Source: Gammaproteobacteria bacterium (GTDB taxonomy: Bacteria; Pseudomonadota; Gammaproteobacteria; JAADGQ01). From it: DNA of 64,000 nt. The DNA is taken from positions 63,848 through 127,847 of the forward strand of contig JAKITI010000004.1 in assembly GCA_021648145.1 (NCBI GenBank). The letters are read 5' to 3'. Each line of letters begins with the position of its first letter. Position 1 is the stretch's first letter. Positions 30,785 through 38,747 of this stretch are shown here, piece by piece. Below the pieces are notes generated by a model. The model was given only the letters and a program-made list of their open reading frames with translations, was not told where the DNA came from and made no database searches. The position numbers were made by a program, and so were the translations under genes.

Positions 30785-31200
30785 GTACTTACTGTGCTTA
30801 ATAGCGATAGCGAGCTAAGCTGATACATAAGTGAACGTATTGAAACACTTTAGCAAATAATCAGAGGTTATTTATGAAGTTTAATGAAGAAGAAAAAGCA
30901 AAATTACTGAACCTCAAAGGAGTGGGATCTACGGTGATTAAGCGATTTGAAGAAATAGGAATTAGTTCATTTAAAGAACTGAGGAAATATAGCGTCGATG
31001 AGGTTGCGAATAGAGTAGCGGACATGCTTAGAACAACTTGTTGGAAGAATAGTCCACAAGCACGAACAGCCATAAAATCTGCAATAGAACTGGCCAAAAA
31101 GGGATAAATAGTTAAGAGGCTGTATGGTTAAAATGGTTTCAGCTGCAAAGGGCTGAGCCGTCATCACAAGAAAGTCACTTTTGTTCTGGTTTCCACGCCG
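30785..31200 (+). repeat. ~410-bp duplicated segment, copy B (a non-coding remnant of the lipoprotein 3' end, then the HhH gene and spacer)
   Basis: See copy A. The lipoprotein-derived part here has stop codons in all frames and is a remnant. Confidence 0.6.
30874..31107 (+). CDS. small helix-hairpin-helix DNA-binding protein, second copy
   Basis: 77 aa and 70/77 identical to the 25086 protein. Confidence 0.55.
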   Translation: MKFNEEEKAKLLNLKGVGSTVIKRFEEIGISSFKELRKYSVDEVANRVADMLRTTCWKNSPQARTAIKSAIELAKKG

Positions 31201-31480
31201 GAACGATGATCAATATAAATATATTCTTTCCGCAGCTTATTTTAGCGTTAAGTAATAAGTGCGCGAATTCAGGGTACATTATTTGCAGAGTTTCGTTCAT
31301 AATACCTTCACTGTATGTGAAATTGATAAAGGAGTTGATAGTGAAATTGAGTCAGTATTTTATGTTGTTACTTGGGTTGAATTCAGGGAATGATATGTGC
31401 GGCAAAAATACATGCCTCTTTACACCGCCCAATGAGCATGGCGATATACATCTTAAAAAATCCACCCAAGGATATCAGTT

Positions 31481-31774
31481 ATGCATGTCACACTGGAAAA
31501 ACTACAATCCTATAAAAGTGAAATTTCTCGTATTGCTGCAAACTATCATGCGAATAATATAAGGGTCTTTGGCTCTGTCGTTCGAGGGGAGTCCTATGAA
31601 AATAGTGACATTGATCTATTGGTTACTTTTCAATCTGGGGCAAGCCTGCTTGATCAGGCGGGTTTGATCAGCGAACTAGAAGGCATGCTTGGTACTACTG
31701 TAGATGTTGTCAGTGACCGCGCTCTTAATCGTCACCTGAGCACAAAAATTTTAAATGAAGCACAACCGCTATGA
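31481..31774 (+). CDS. mntA: MntA-type nucleotidyltransferase antitoxin (type VII TA)
   Basis: 97 aa with the minimal nucleotidyltransferase motif RVFGSVVRGESYENSDIDLLV. Its stop overlaps the downstream HEPN gene start (ATGA). Confidence 0.75.
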   Translation: MHVTLEKLQSYKSEISRIAANYHANNIRVFGSVVRGESYENSDIDLLVTFQSGASLLDQAGLISELEGMLGTTVDVVSDRALNRHLSTKILNEAQPL

Positions 31775-32098
31775 AGCAGCGGAAAATATATGCTCTAGCA
31801 ATTTATGATTGTATTCAACGCATTCATGAGTATACAGACGGTTATGATGTTGATGCTTTTACAAAGGATTACAAAACGCAAGATGCTGTTGTACGAAACC
31901 TTGAAATCATCGGGCAAGCAGTTAAGGACTATGGTGTTGACCATCTAATTGACCATGCTCCAAATGTCCCTTGGTCACAAGTCGCAGGAATGAGAAATAT
32001 CATCGCTCATGAATATCTTGGTGATCGTGTGGGAAACAGTAAAATGGAATCTTCCTCAGTTGGAAAGTGCTATCATAGAGCTCACTCAGCATGAGTGA
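31771..32098 (+). pseudogene. hepT: HepT-type HEPN toxin (DUF86) with an apparent frameshift near its 3' end
   Basis: It has the HEPN motif RNIIAHEY. After ...YLGDRV the annotated frame reads GNSKMESSSVGKCYHRAHSA*. The +1 frame reads IVWETVKWNLPQLESAIIELTQHE*, which is the canonical DUF86 C-terminus. Confidence 0.6.
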
Positions 32099-32218
32099 AG
32101 AATTTTAGTTGTTTTTTATATTCGTAATATTTTATTTCTCGCTTGTTTTCTTCGCTGTATAAAAATATTTATACGACAGATTAACACAGGAAAAAAACCC
32201 CACTCAGATGGAATAACT

Positions 32219-32246
32219 GCCACTTATAAGCTATATCAACCACTCA
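32219..32246 (+). promoter_or_regulatory. LytTR-type direct-repeat box (GCCACTTA-N12-ACCACTCA), copy 4
   Basis: About 115 bp upstream of the SPFH gene. The full ~130-bp module is present, including the aaaaatatttatacgacagattaacaca 5' arm. Confidence 0.5.
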
Positions 32247-32360
32247 TTTGATTTGTGCTTTTCCAGTCATGATGAAGACGATATTGTTTGTAAAGGATCA
32301 TGGTTATATTCAATACGAAGACTTGATTCCTTTGTTTTGTCTTTATAGGAGGAGGAAAAG

Positions 32361-33419
32361 ATGAGTAAATATTTGTTTGTAATGGGTGCTTTTTTATTGG
32401 CCCACCTGATTGTCATTTCTCCTGAGAGAGGAATGGATATGGCAAAGGCTCTGGATATTGATGTCAGTGTGCTCACATACGCCTTGTGGGCGATTATTCT
32501 GGTCTTATTGATCAAATTTGCTTTCTCTTTACCTGGAATATACGTAAACATTGCTGAGGGAAATGTCGGTGTTGTCTCGCGTTTTAGTCGCTTCTCAAGA
32601 ACGCTAAGCCCGGGGTTTAACTTTATCTATCCGTGGGAGAAAGTTGAAAATTTGTCGATCCAGTGTCGTGCCATCGAGCTGGAGTTCCAGGCGATTACGC
32701 TAGACCAAGCCAGTGTCTATTTTAACTGTGCCATCATTTTTTCGGTTGTTGGTACAGATAAGGAAATGGTGCGCAGGGCTGTCTATTCGTTTGGGTCAGA
32801 AAGTGAGTTTGAGTTATCTGTCCAGCGTTTGCTCGAAGATGAAACCCGTGCCTATGTGGCCACCAGATGCCAGGCAGATATGATAGGAATATCCCAGGAT
32901 GTTGTCGTAAAAATCAAAACAAATGTCGAGAAAAATATCGAAAAATGGGGGTATAAGGTAGAGGATCTCCGTTATGCAAACCTTCATTTTGATGAGGTGG
33001 TTACAAAGTCAATGGCAAGGGTTGTTGCTGCCGTCAATGAAAGGGATGCCGCAGAAAATGAAGGCCAGGCACTACTTATTCGCAAGGTCAAATTAGCCGA
33101 GGCTGAAGGGGAATTTGTCCGCATTCAGGCCGAAGCGGAACGAACCGCATGGAAGTTGCGAGGGCAAGGCTTGTCTGATTTTCGAAAAGAGGTTGCCAAA
33201 GGTATCCACGTTGCAGTGGATGAGATGACAACAGCAGGGCTTGACCCTAACTTCCTTCTGTTTTTTATGTACACGGAAACATTGAAACACATCGCAGAAA
33301 ACTCAAATGCGGGTAGTACTATTTTTGTGGACAACAGTCCTTCTGTACCTAATACCATCATGCAGCAGATGTCTGCATTTTATAAAAACGAACCCATTTC
33401 AGAGAAAACTGAAAGTTAA
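32361..33419 (+). CDS. SPFH/band-7 (stomatin/prohibitin-like) membrane protein
   Basis: 352 aa with an N-terminal TM helix, an SPFH core (NVGVVSRFSRFSRTLSPGFNFIYPWEKVENLSIQ) and a coiled-coil segment. Confidence 0.8.
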   Translation: MSKYLFVMGAFLLAHLIVISPERGMDMAKALDIDVSVLTYALWAIILVLLIKFAFSLPGIYVNIAEGNVGVVSRFSRFSRTLSPGFNFIYPWEKVENLSIQCRAIELEFQAITLDQASVYFNCAIIFSVVGTDKEMVRRAVYSFGSESEFELSVQRLLEDETRAYVATRCQADMIGISQDVVVKIKTNVEKNIEKWGYKVEDLRYANLHFDEVVTKSMARVVAAVNERDAAENEGQALLIRKVKLAEAEGEFVRIQAEAERTAWKLRGQGLSDFRKEVAKGIHVAVDEMTTAGLDPNFLLFFMYTETLKHIAENSNAGSTIFVDNSPSVPNTIMQQMSAFYKNEPISEKTES

Positions 33420-33543
33420 CAGAGAAAGAGCAGAAATAGGGGTCAAACATTGACCCCTTGCCCCCAGGTTTTAATGAAGACTCTATTCAAGGCATTGTTG
33501 AGTATAACAGTGGGCAATATAAGTTTAGTGAAGGAGAGTATAA

Positions 33544-33693
33544 ATGAACACAATATTATTGGGCATATTTAAACTTACAGGAATAGGAGGACTTTTGCTC
33601 ATAATTATGGTGCTTTGTATAGTGGGTGTTATTAATAGAACTGAAGGTAAAAATAGTAAAGGGGGAGGTTGGGATGATGGCTGTGGCGGCTGA
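33544..33693 (+). CDS. unannotated small single-TM peptide (49 aa), copy A
   Basis: MNTILLGIFKLTGIGGLLLIIMVLCIVGVINRTEGKNSKGGGWDDGCGG*. It has an RBS-like GAAGGAGAG upstream. Its conserved 5' leader is shared with copy B at 36761. It is below the 60-aa ORF-track cutoff. Confidence 0.45.
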   Translation: MNTILLGIFKLTGIGGLLLIIMVLCIVGVINRTEGKNSKGGGWDDGCGG

Positions 33694-33802
33694 CTTTAGT
33701 GTTAGGTGTGACGTTCTCGTATTCAGAAAGCATTTGAGTTGCGTTTGTAAAAATGTGCCGATAAATTAACACAGGGAAAAATCCCACTCAGATGGAATAA
33801 CT

Positions 33803-33830
33803 ACCACTTAGAAGATATATCAACCACTCA
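33803..33830 (+). promoter_or_regulatory. LytTR-type direct-repeat box (ACCACTTA-N12-ACCACTCA), copy 5
   Basis: About 98 bp upstream of the pspA-like ATG at 33928. Confidence 0.5.
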
Positions 33831-33927
33831 CCTGATTTGTGCTTTTCTAGCCGCGTTCAAGCGATTACTGTTTACCCTTGTTTCCACGTTCATGTGTGGA
33901 AGTACATATCTCAAACAGGAGAGCAAA

Positions 33928-34606
33928 CATGAGTGAAACTTTAACAGGCCGTGTTGGGCGTATTATCAGCGGCAGTGTCAATACACTGGTCGATGCTATT
34001 GAAAACGCGACACCCGAGATGGTCATGGAACAAGCGGTTCGTGAAATTGATAGCTCTGTAGATGATGTGCGCACCGAACTAGGCCGTATGATGGCGAAGA
34101 AGCATCTTGCCAATAAACGTCTTATGGAAGAGAGTAGAAAACATAAGGAGTTAGCCGAAAAAACCAACCTCGCTATAGAGCAAGGTCGGGATGATTTGGC
34201 CGAAGCAGCCATTGCACAGCAGTTAGATATTGAAGCGCAAATTCCGATACTGGAAAACGCCATTGCAGATGCCGCCAATCAGGAAAAAGAGCTGGAAGGT
34301 TATATCTTTGCGCTTCAAGCAAAAAAACGGGAGATGAAAGAGGAGCTGCAACTGTTTCATGCGGCGAAAAAAGAGGCTGCCGCGAGTCGCAATACAAATT
34401 CAACCGTGCGCACAAACTCCAATGTGCAATCTCGCGTAGAAAAAGCAACATCAGCATTTGAACGTGTGGTTGAAAACTCCACGGGTATGCCGAGTAGTCA
34501 CGGCCCTAGTGACCGAAAAACAGCCGTTCAGCTGGTGGAATTAGAGGCGCTTGCCCGCAAAAACCGCATCCAGAAACGATTAACGGCTATCAAAGAAAGG
34601 GCTTAA
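33928..34606 (+). CDS. pspA: PspA/IM30-family protein (phage-shock protein A-like, ESCRT-III fold)
   Basis: The track ORF starts at 33878. The likely start is MSETLTGRVGRIISGSVNTLVDAIE at 33928 with the RBS caggagag. The whole protein is coiled-coil and co-linear with PspA. Confidence 0.85.
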
Positions 34607-34633
34607 CAAAACTCCTGACGGGAGCGGATTTAT

Positions 34634-34894
34634 ATGTCAATTGATGAAACCGACGCAGTATCTGAAGAAACCTTTATTGGACGAGTGGCCAAGATCACCT
34701 TAGGGAAAGCTGAGATTAGCAGTCCAGCACAAGCAAAGTTAAAAGATGAGCATGGCCAGATCCATTACATCATGGTTGAGCCTGACATGCAGAATGAAAT
34801 TTTTGAAACCGGTCGTTTAGTTATTTTAGTCAGCAGGGTTGGTGCTATTTTTAAAGCGATTCCCAACGACAAATCGGTTCTTTTTGATGAATAA
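34634..34894 (+). CDS. hypothetical soluble protein co-operonic with pspA and flotillin
   Basis: 86 aa with no TM helix. The gaps are tight: 27 nt after pspA and 17 nt before the flotillin gene. Confidence 0.45.
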   Translation: MSIDETDAVSEETFIGRVAKITLGKAEISSPAQAKLKDEHGQIHYIMVEPDMQNEIFETGRLVILVSRVGAIFKAIPNDKSVLFDE

Positions 34895-34911
34895 AAAAGG
34901 AAGGAATACCA

Positions 34912-36669
34912 ATGAATTTTGATTTAACGAATATACAGATTATTACAGTAGCCTTCATCACTTCTCTGATTGTACTTGGGTTGATATGTAGCCGTTTATA
35001 TAGGCGGGCTTCTAAACAAGTCTCTTTTGTGCGAACCGGATTTCGTGGCCAAAAGGTGATTAAAAATGGCGGTTGCCTCGTCTATCCCGTGCTGCATGAA
35101 ATCATTCCCGTTAACATGAATACGTTACGCTTGGAGGTTCGGCGGTCAAATGAACAAGCTTTAATTACACGAGACCGTATGCGTGTTGATGTGGCCGCTG
35201 AATTTTACGTACGAGTAAAACCAACAGAAGATGCCATTGGCGATGCGGCTCAAACTTTGGGCATGAAAACCATGAAACCCGAACTATTAAAACAGTTGAT
35301 TGAAGGTAAATTTGTTGATGCCCTACGTGCCGTTGCCGCCGAGATGGCGATGGAAGAACTGCATGAACAACGGGTCGATTTTGTTCAAAAAGTTCAACAA
35401 GCCGTCTCAGAAGATTTATTGAAAAATGGCTTGGAACTAGAGTCCGTTTCACTCACAGGTTTAGACCAAACCAGTAAAGAGTTCCTTAACCCTGACAATG
35501 TTTTTGATGCGGAGGGTTTAACCAAGCTAACAGAGGCAATTGAAAGTCGTCGCAAGAAGCGTAATGACATTGAGCAAGACACTGAAGTGGCCGTTGCCAA
35601 TAAAAATCTCGACGCTGAGCGTAACAAATTAGAAATTCAACGAGAACAAGAATACGCTCGACTAGAACAAGAGCAGGAAATTGAAATTCGTCGCGCCGCA
35701 CAAACGGCAGAAATTTCACGTGAACGAGCAGAGAAACAACGTGATGCTGAGCAAGCGCAAATTAATGCACAACAACAAGTAGAATCTTCAAAAATTGCAA
35801 CTGAGCGTGCTATTGAAGAGCAGCGTATCGATAAAGATCGTCAGCTAAAAGAAAACGAAATCACTAAGACTAAGGCCGTAGAAACGGCGGAAATAGAACG
35901 CCTCAAAACAGTCGAATTAGCTGAGCAAGACCGCGCTATCGCCATTGCAGAAAAATCGAAAGAAAAATCTGTCAGTGAAGCCACTGCCGACAAAGCGCGG
36001 GCCGAGGCGGTAAAAGCTGAAGAAATGGTTGTCACCGTTCGTGAAACGGAACAAGCTGAGCGAGCAAAAGCCGTTGAACTGGTTCTTGCAAGTCAACAAG
36101 CCGAGCGCCAGGCGATCTCTATCAAAGTCGCTGCCGAGGCAGAAAAAATGGCGGCAGAGGATCAAGCCGAAGCCGTGGCCATTTTAGCCAATGCAGAAGC
36201 ACAAAAGCTGCGCATTACCGCTGAAGGCTGTGCCGATGCGGAAAAACTAAAAGCTGAAGCGGCTGAAAAAACATATGCAGTCGATGCTGAAGGCCAACAC
36301 GCCCTCAATGAGTCACGCAACATTCTCAGCGCAGAACAGATCGCGATGCAAATACGCATGGCCTTGATAGAGCAACTACCGCAAATCATCCGTGAAAGCG
36401 TTAAGCCCATGGAGCAAATTGACGGTATTAAAATTATTCAAGTTGATGGTTTAAATGGCGGTTCAAATGGATCTGGAGAAACAGCAACCAATAATAGTAA
36501 TGGTGGAAGCTTGGCCGATCAGTTAGTCAATAGTGCCTTGAAATACCGCAGCCAGGCACCGTTGGTTGATTCGCTATTATCCGACATTGGCTTGGACGTG
36601 GGTGATATTAATGGCATGAGCAGAATGCTTCACAATAAGCCCGAAACAGAGAGTAAAAGAGGGGTTTAA
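34912..36669 (+). CDS. flotillin-family protein (SPFH domain plus long EA-rich coiled coil, YqiK/FloT-like)
   Basis: 585 aa with an N-terminal TM helix, an SPFH domain, and about 250 aa of Glu/Ala/Arg/Gln-rich coiled coil (EQEIEIRRAAQTAEISRERAEKQRDAEQAQ...) followed by a flotillin C-terminal region. Confidence 0.85.
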   Translation: MNFDLTNIQIITVAFITSLIVLGLICSRLYRRASKQVSFVRTGFRGQKVIKNGGCLVYPVLHEIIPVNMNTLRLEVRRSNEQALITRDRMRVDVAAEFYVRVKPTEDAIGDAAQTLGMKTMKPELLKQLIEGKFVDALRAVAAEMAMEELHEQRVDFVQKVQQAVSEDLLKNGLELESVSLTGLDQTSKEFLNPDNVFDAEGLTKLTEAIESRRKKRNDIEQDTEVAVANKNLDAERNKLEIQREQEYARLEQEQEIEIRRAAQTAEISRERAEKQRDAEQAQINAQQQVESSKIATERAIEEQRIDKDRQLKENEITKTKAVETAEIERLKTVELAEQDRAIAIAEKSKEKSVSEATADKARAEAVKAEEMVVTVRETEQAERAKAVELVLASQQAERQAISIKVAAEAEKMAAEDQAEAVAILANAEAQKLRITAEGCADAEKLKAEAAEKTYAVDAEGQHALNESRNILSAEQIAMQIRMALIEQLPQIIRESVKPMEQIDGIKIIQVDGLNGGSNGSGETATNNSNGGSLADQLVNSALKYRSQAPLVDSLLSDIGLDVGDINGMSRMLHNKPETESKRGV

Positions 36670-36760
36670 TTATTAAAATATATAGGTTTTGATGAAGACT
36701 CTATTCAGGGTGTTGTTGAGTATAACAATGGGCAATATAAATTAGTGAAGGAGAGTATAA

Positions 36761-36931
36761 ATGAACACAATATTATTGGGCATATTTAGTGTCGTTATGA
36801 TAGTGGTCGTAGTGAACATATTCGAACTTACAGGAATAGGAGGACTTTTGCTCATAATTATGGTGCTTGGTATAGTGGGTGTTATTAATAGAACTGAAGG
36901 TAAAAATAGTAAAGGGGAGAGGTTGGGATGA
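36761..36931 (+). CDS. unannotated small TM peptide, copy B (56 aa, with a 1-nt indel near the 3' end relative to copy A)
   Basis: MNTILLGIFSVVMIVVVVNIFELTGIGGLLLIIMVLGIVGVINRTEGKNSKGERLG*. Its leader matches copy A: gatgaagactctattca.ggc.ttgttgagtataaca.tgggcaatataa.tt.agtgaaggagagtataaatgaacac. Confidence 0.4.
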   Translation: MNTILLGIFSVVMIVVVVNIFELTGIGGLLLIIMVLGIVGVINRTEGKNSKGERLG

Positions 36932-36995
36932 TGGCTATAGTGGTTGATTTTTTATGCAACGAGCAGGGTGAATAAACAGCCCCTTTGGAGGATCC

Positions 36996-38747
36996 ATGGA
37001 TTCTGATTATTTTAGTCAAATGCTCTATGCCTTCCCAGGGATTTCCGTACTGGCACCCTGGTTCAACAGCCTACTCATCATAGATATTTTACAGCAGATG
37101 GCCCTGCTATTCGTTGTTGCCTTCCTGTTTAGCCGTTCAGGAGCCTTCGGGCTGTTGGTCAAGGATTCACTTCGGACTCGTGACTGGCTGTTGCTCTACC
37201 TGATTTTTTTTGCTATCTCAGCTATGGGCTCTGTATTGGCTTCCAATGTTCCACTGACGCCAGGCGGCGATGACTGGACTCAGGTGGATACTCGTTCCAT
37301 CGGCGCAGTGCTAGCGGGGTTTTTGGGTGGTCCCTTGCTTGGAACTGCGGTTGGCTTTACCGCTGGCCTCTATCGGTGGAGCCTGGGCGGGCCTACTGCT
37401 ATGGCGGGTTTCATAGGAACCACATTAGTCGGGCTTATAGCAGGTCTGGTCTACATGTTTTTTCTGAAAAAAAATCAGGAGGTACGTTTTGGTTGGAAAA
37501 TTGCGGTAGTCGCCACCTGCGTGGGTGAGCTGATCATGAAGGTCTTGGTGCTGCTTACCGTTCAACCATTCGATAAAGCACTGGCTCTTATTCAGATTAC
37601 CACCGTTCCCAGTTTAATTGGCAATAGTATCGGAGCCGCCTTGTTCGTTACCATATTGAATGATAAAGAGCGTCTTGGTGTCTTGCATACCACCACCGCA
37701 CTGCGTATGGCCAAGCGTTTAGTTGATGTTCTGAAATATGGCTTCAATAAAAGTGCTGCAAGGGCAATCGTCAACATCATCCGCGGAGAGACCCAGATTG
37801 CAACAGTAGCGATCACTGATCATACCAATAAAGTCATGGCAATAACCGGAGTCGGAGCCGATCATCATCACGTCGGTGATGAAATTGTCGCTGACCTGGT
37901 TCAAAACGCCATTGACCAACAGCGGGTTATCTTTATAAATGGTTCAACCGACCGGCTCCATTGTGCAACTTCTGCCAACTGCCCATTACATTCTGCGCTC
38001 ATCGCTCCACTTATTGTGGAGGGAAACGTACTGGGTGTATTGTTGCTGATTGAACCAAAGCGACGTTTTTTCCCCAAGTTGAACCGTGCTTTGGGCGTGG
38101 GCGTTGCCGAGCTTTTATCCGAGCAGATGCAATTAGCTATGTATCAAGAGCAACTGGCCAGCGCAAAACACAAGCTTCTTATTGCACAGATAAATCCACA
38201 TTTTTTATCCAATGCATTGAACACCATCTCTGCCATTGTTCGAACTGATACAGCTCGCGGCAGAGAGCTGTTGACCAAGCTGGCGTTCCTGATGCGCAAG
38301 AGCATAAAATATGAAAATGAAATCAGCACCCTAGAGGAAGAGTTGGAACATATGGATGCACATCTCAGTATCGATCTGGCTCGTTATGGCGACAAACTTC
38401 GAATAGAAAAAAATATCGAACCGAAACTGATGAATGCACTACTTCCCAGTTTTGTTCTTCAGCCATTGGTAGAAAATGCAGTCAAACATGGAACATCTCG
38501 CCTATTGATCCCTGGCATTATCCAGATACGCGCCTATCAAACAGGTGATGGATTGATTAAAATTGAGGTCAAAGACAATGCAGGACAATATCAGCCTAAA
38601 TTATCAGCGACTCAAGGCCTTGGCATGAAAAACGTCGAAGGAAGAATCAAAACGCTATTTGGTCGCCAATATGGATTAAGTATCGACTGTTCACCGAACC
38701 AGCACACCAGCGTTACAATTACCATACCATTCAGGGATCAGCTATGA
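36996..38747 (+). CDS. LytS/BtsS-type sensor histidine kinase, second paralog
   Basis: 583 aa with the same architecture as the 22302..24110 protein and the His_kinase motif NPHFLSNALNTISAIV. Confidence 0.85.
   Translation: MDSDYFSQMLYAFPGISVLAPWFNSLLIIDILQQMALLFVVAFLFSRSGAFGLLVKDSLRTRDWLLLYLIFFAISAMGSVLASNVPLTPGGDDWTQVDTRSIGAVLAGFLGGPLLGTAVGFTAGLYRWSLGGPTAMAGFIGTTLVGLIAGLVYMFFLKKNQEVRFGWKIAVVATCVGELIMKVLVLLTVQPFDKALALIQITTVPSLIGNSIGAALFVTILNDKERLGVLHTTTALRMAKRLVDVLKYGFNKSAARAIVNIIRGETQIATVAITDHTNKVMAITGVGADHHHVGDEIVADLVQNAIDQQRVIFINGSTDRLHCATSANCPLHSALIAPLIVEGNVLGVLLLIEPKRRFFPKLNRALGVGVAELLSEQMQLAMYQEQLASAKHKLLIAQINPHFLSNALNTISAIVRTDTARGRELLTKLAFLMRKSIKYENEISTLEEELEHMDAHLSIDLARYGDKLRIEKNIEPKLMNALLPSFVLQPLVENAVKHGTSRLLIPGIIQIRAYQTGDGLIKIEVKDNAGQYQPKLSATQGLGMKNVEGRIKTLFGRQYGLSIDCSPNQHTSVTITIPFRDQL

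Noticed and set aside
31206-31562. 118-aa ORF upstream of and overlapping mntA.
   Set aside because: It is AT-rich and low-complexity, with no RBS. It overlaps the better-supported MntA start and is likely promoter or leader DNA.
33865-34278. 137-aa minus-strand ORF, and similar antisense ORFs at 35165..36410 inside the flotillin gene.
   Set aside because: They are antisense to strongly supported pspA and flotillin coding sequence. Their Ala/Ser-rich translations are typical of the reverse complement of GAA/GCA-rich coiled-coil codons.
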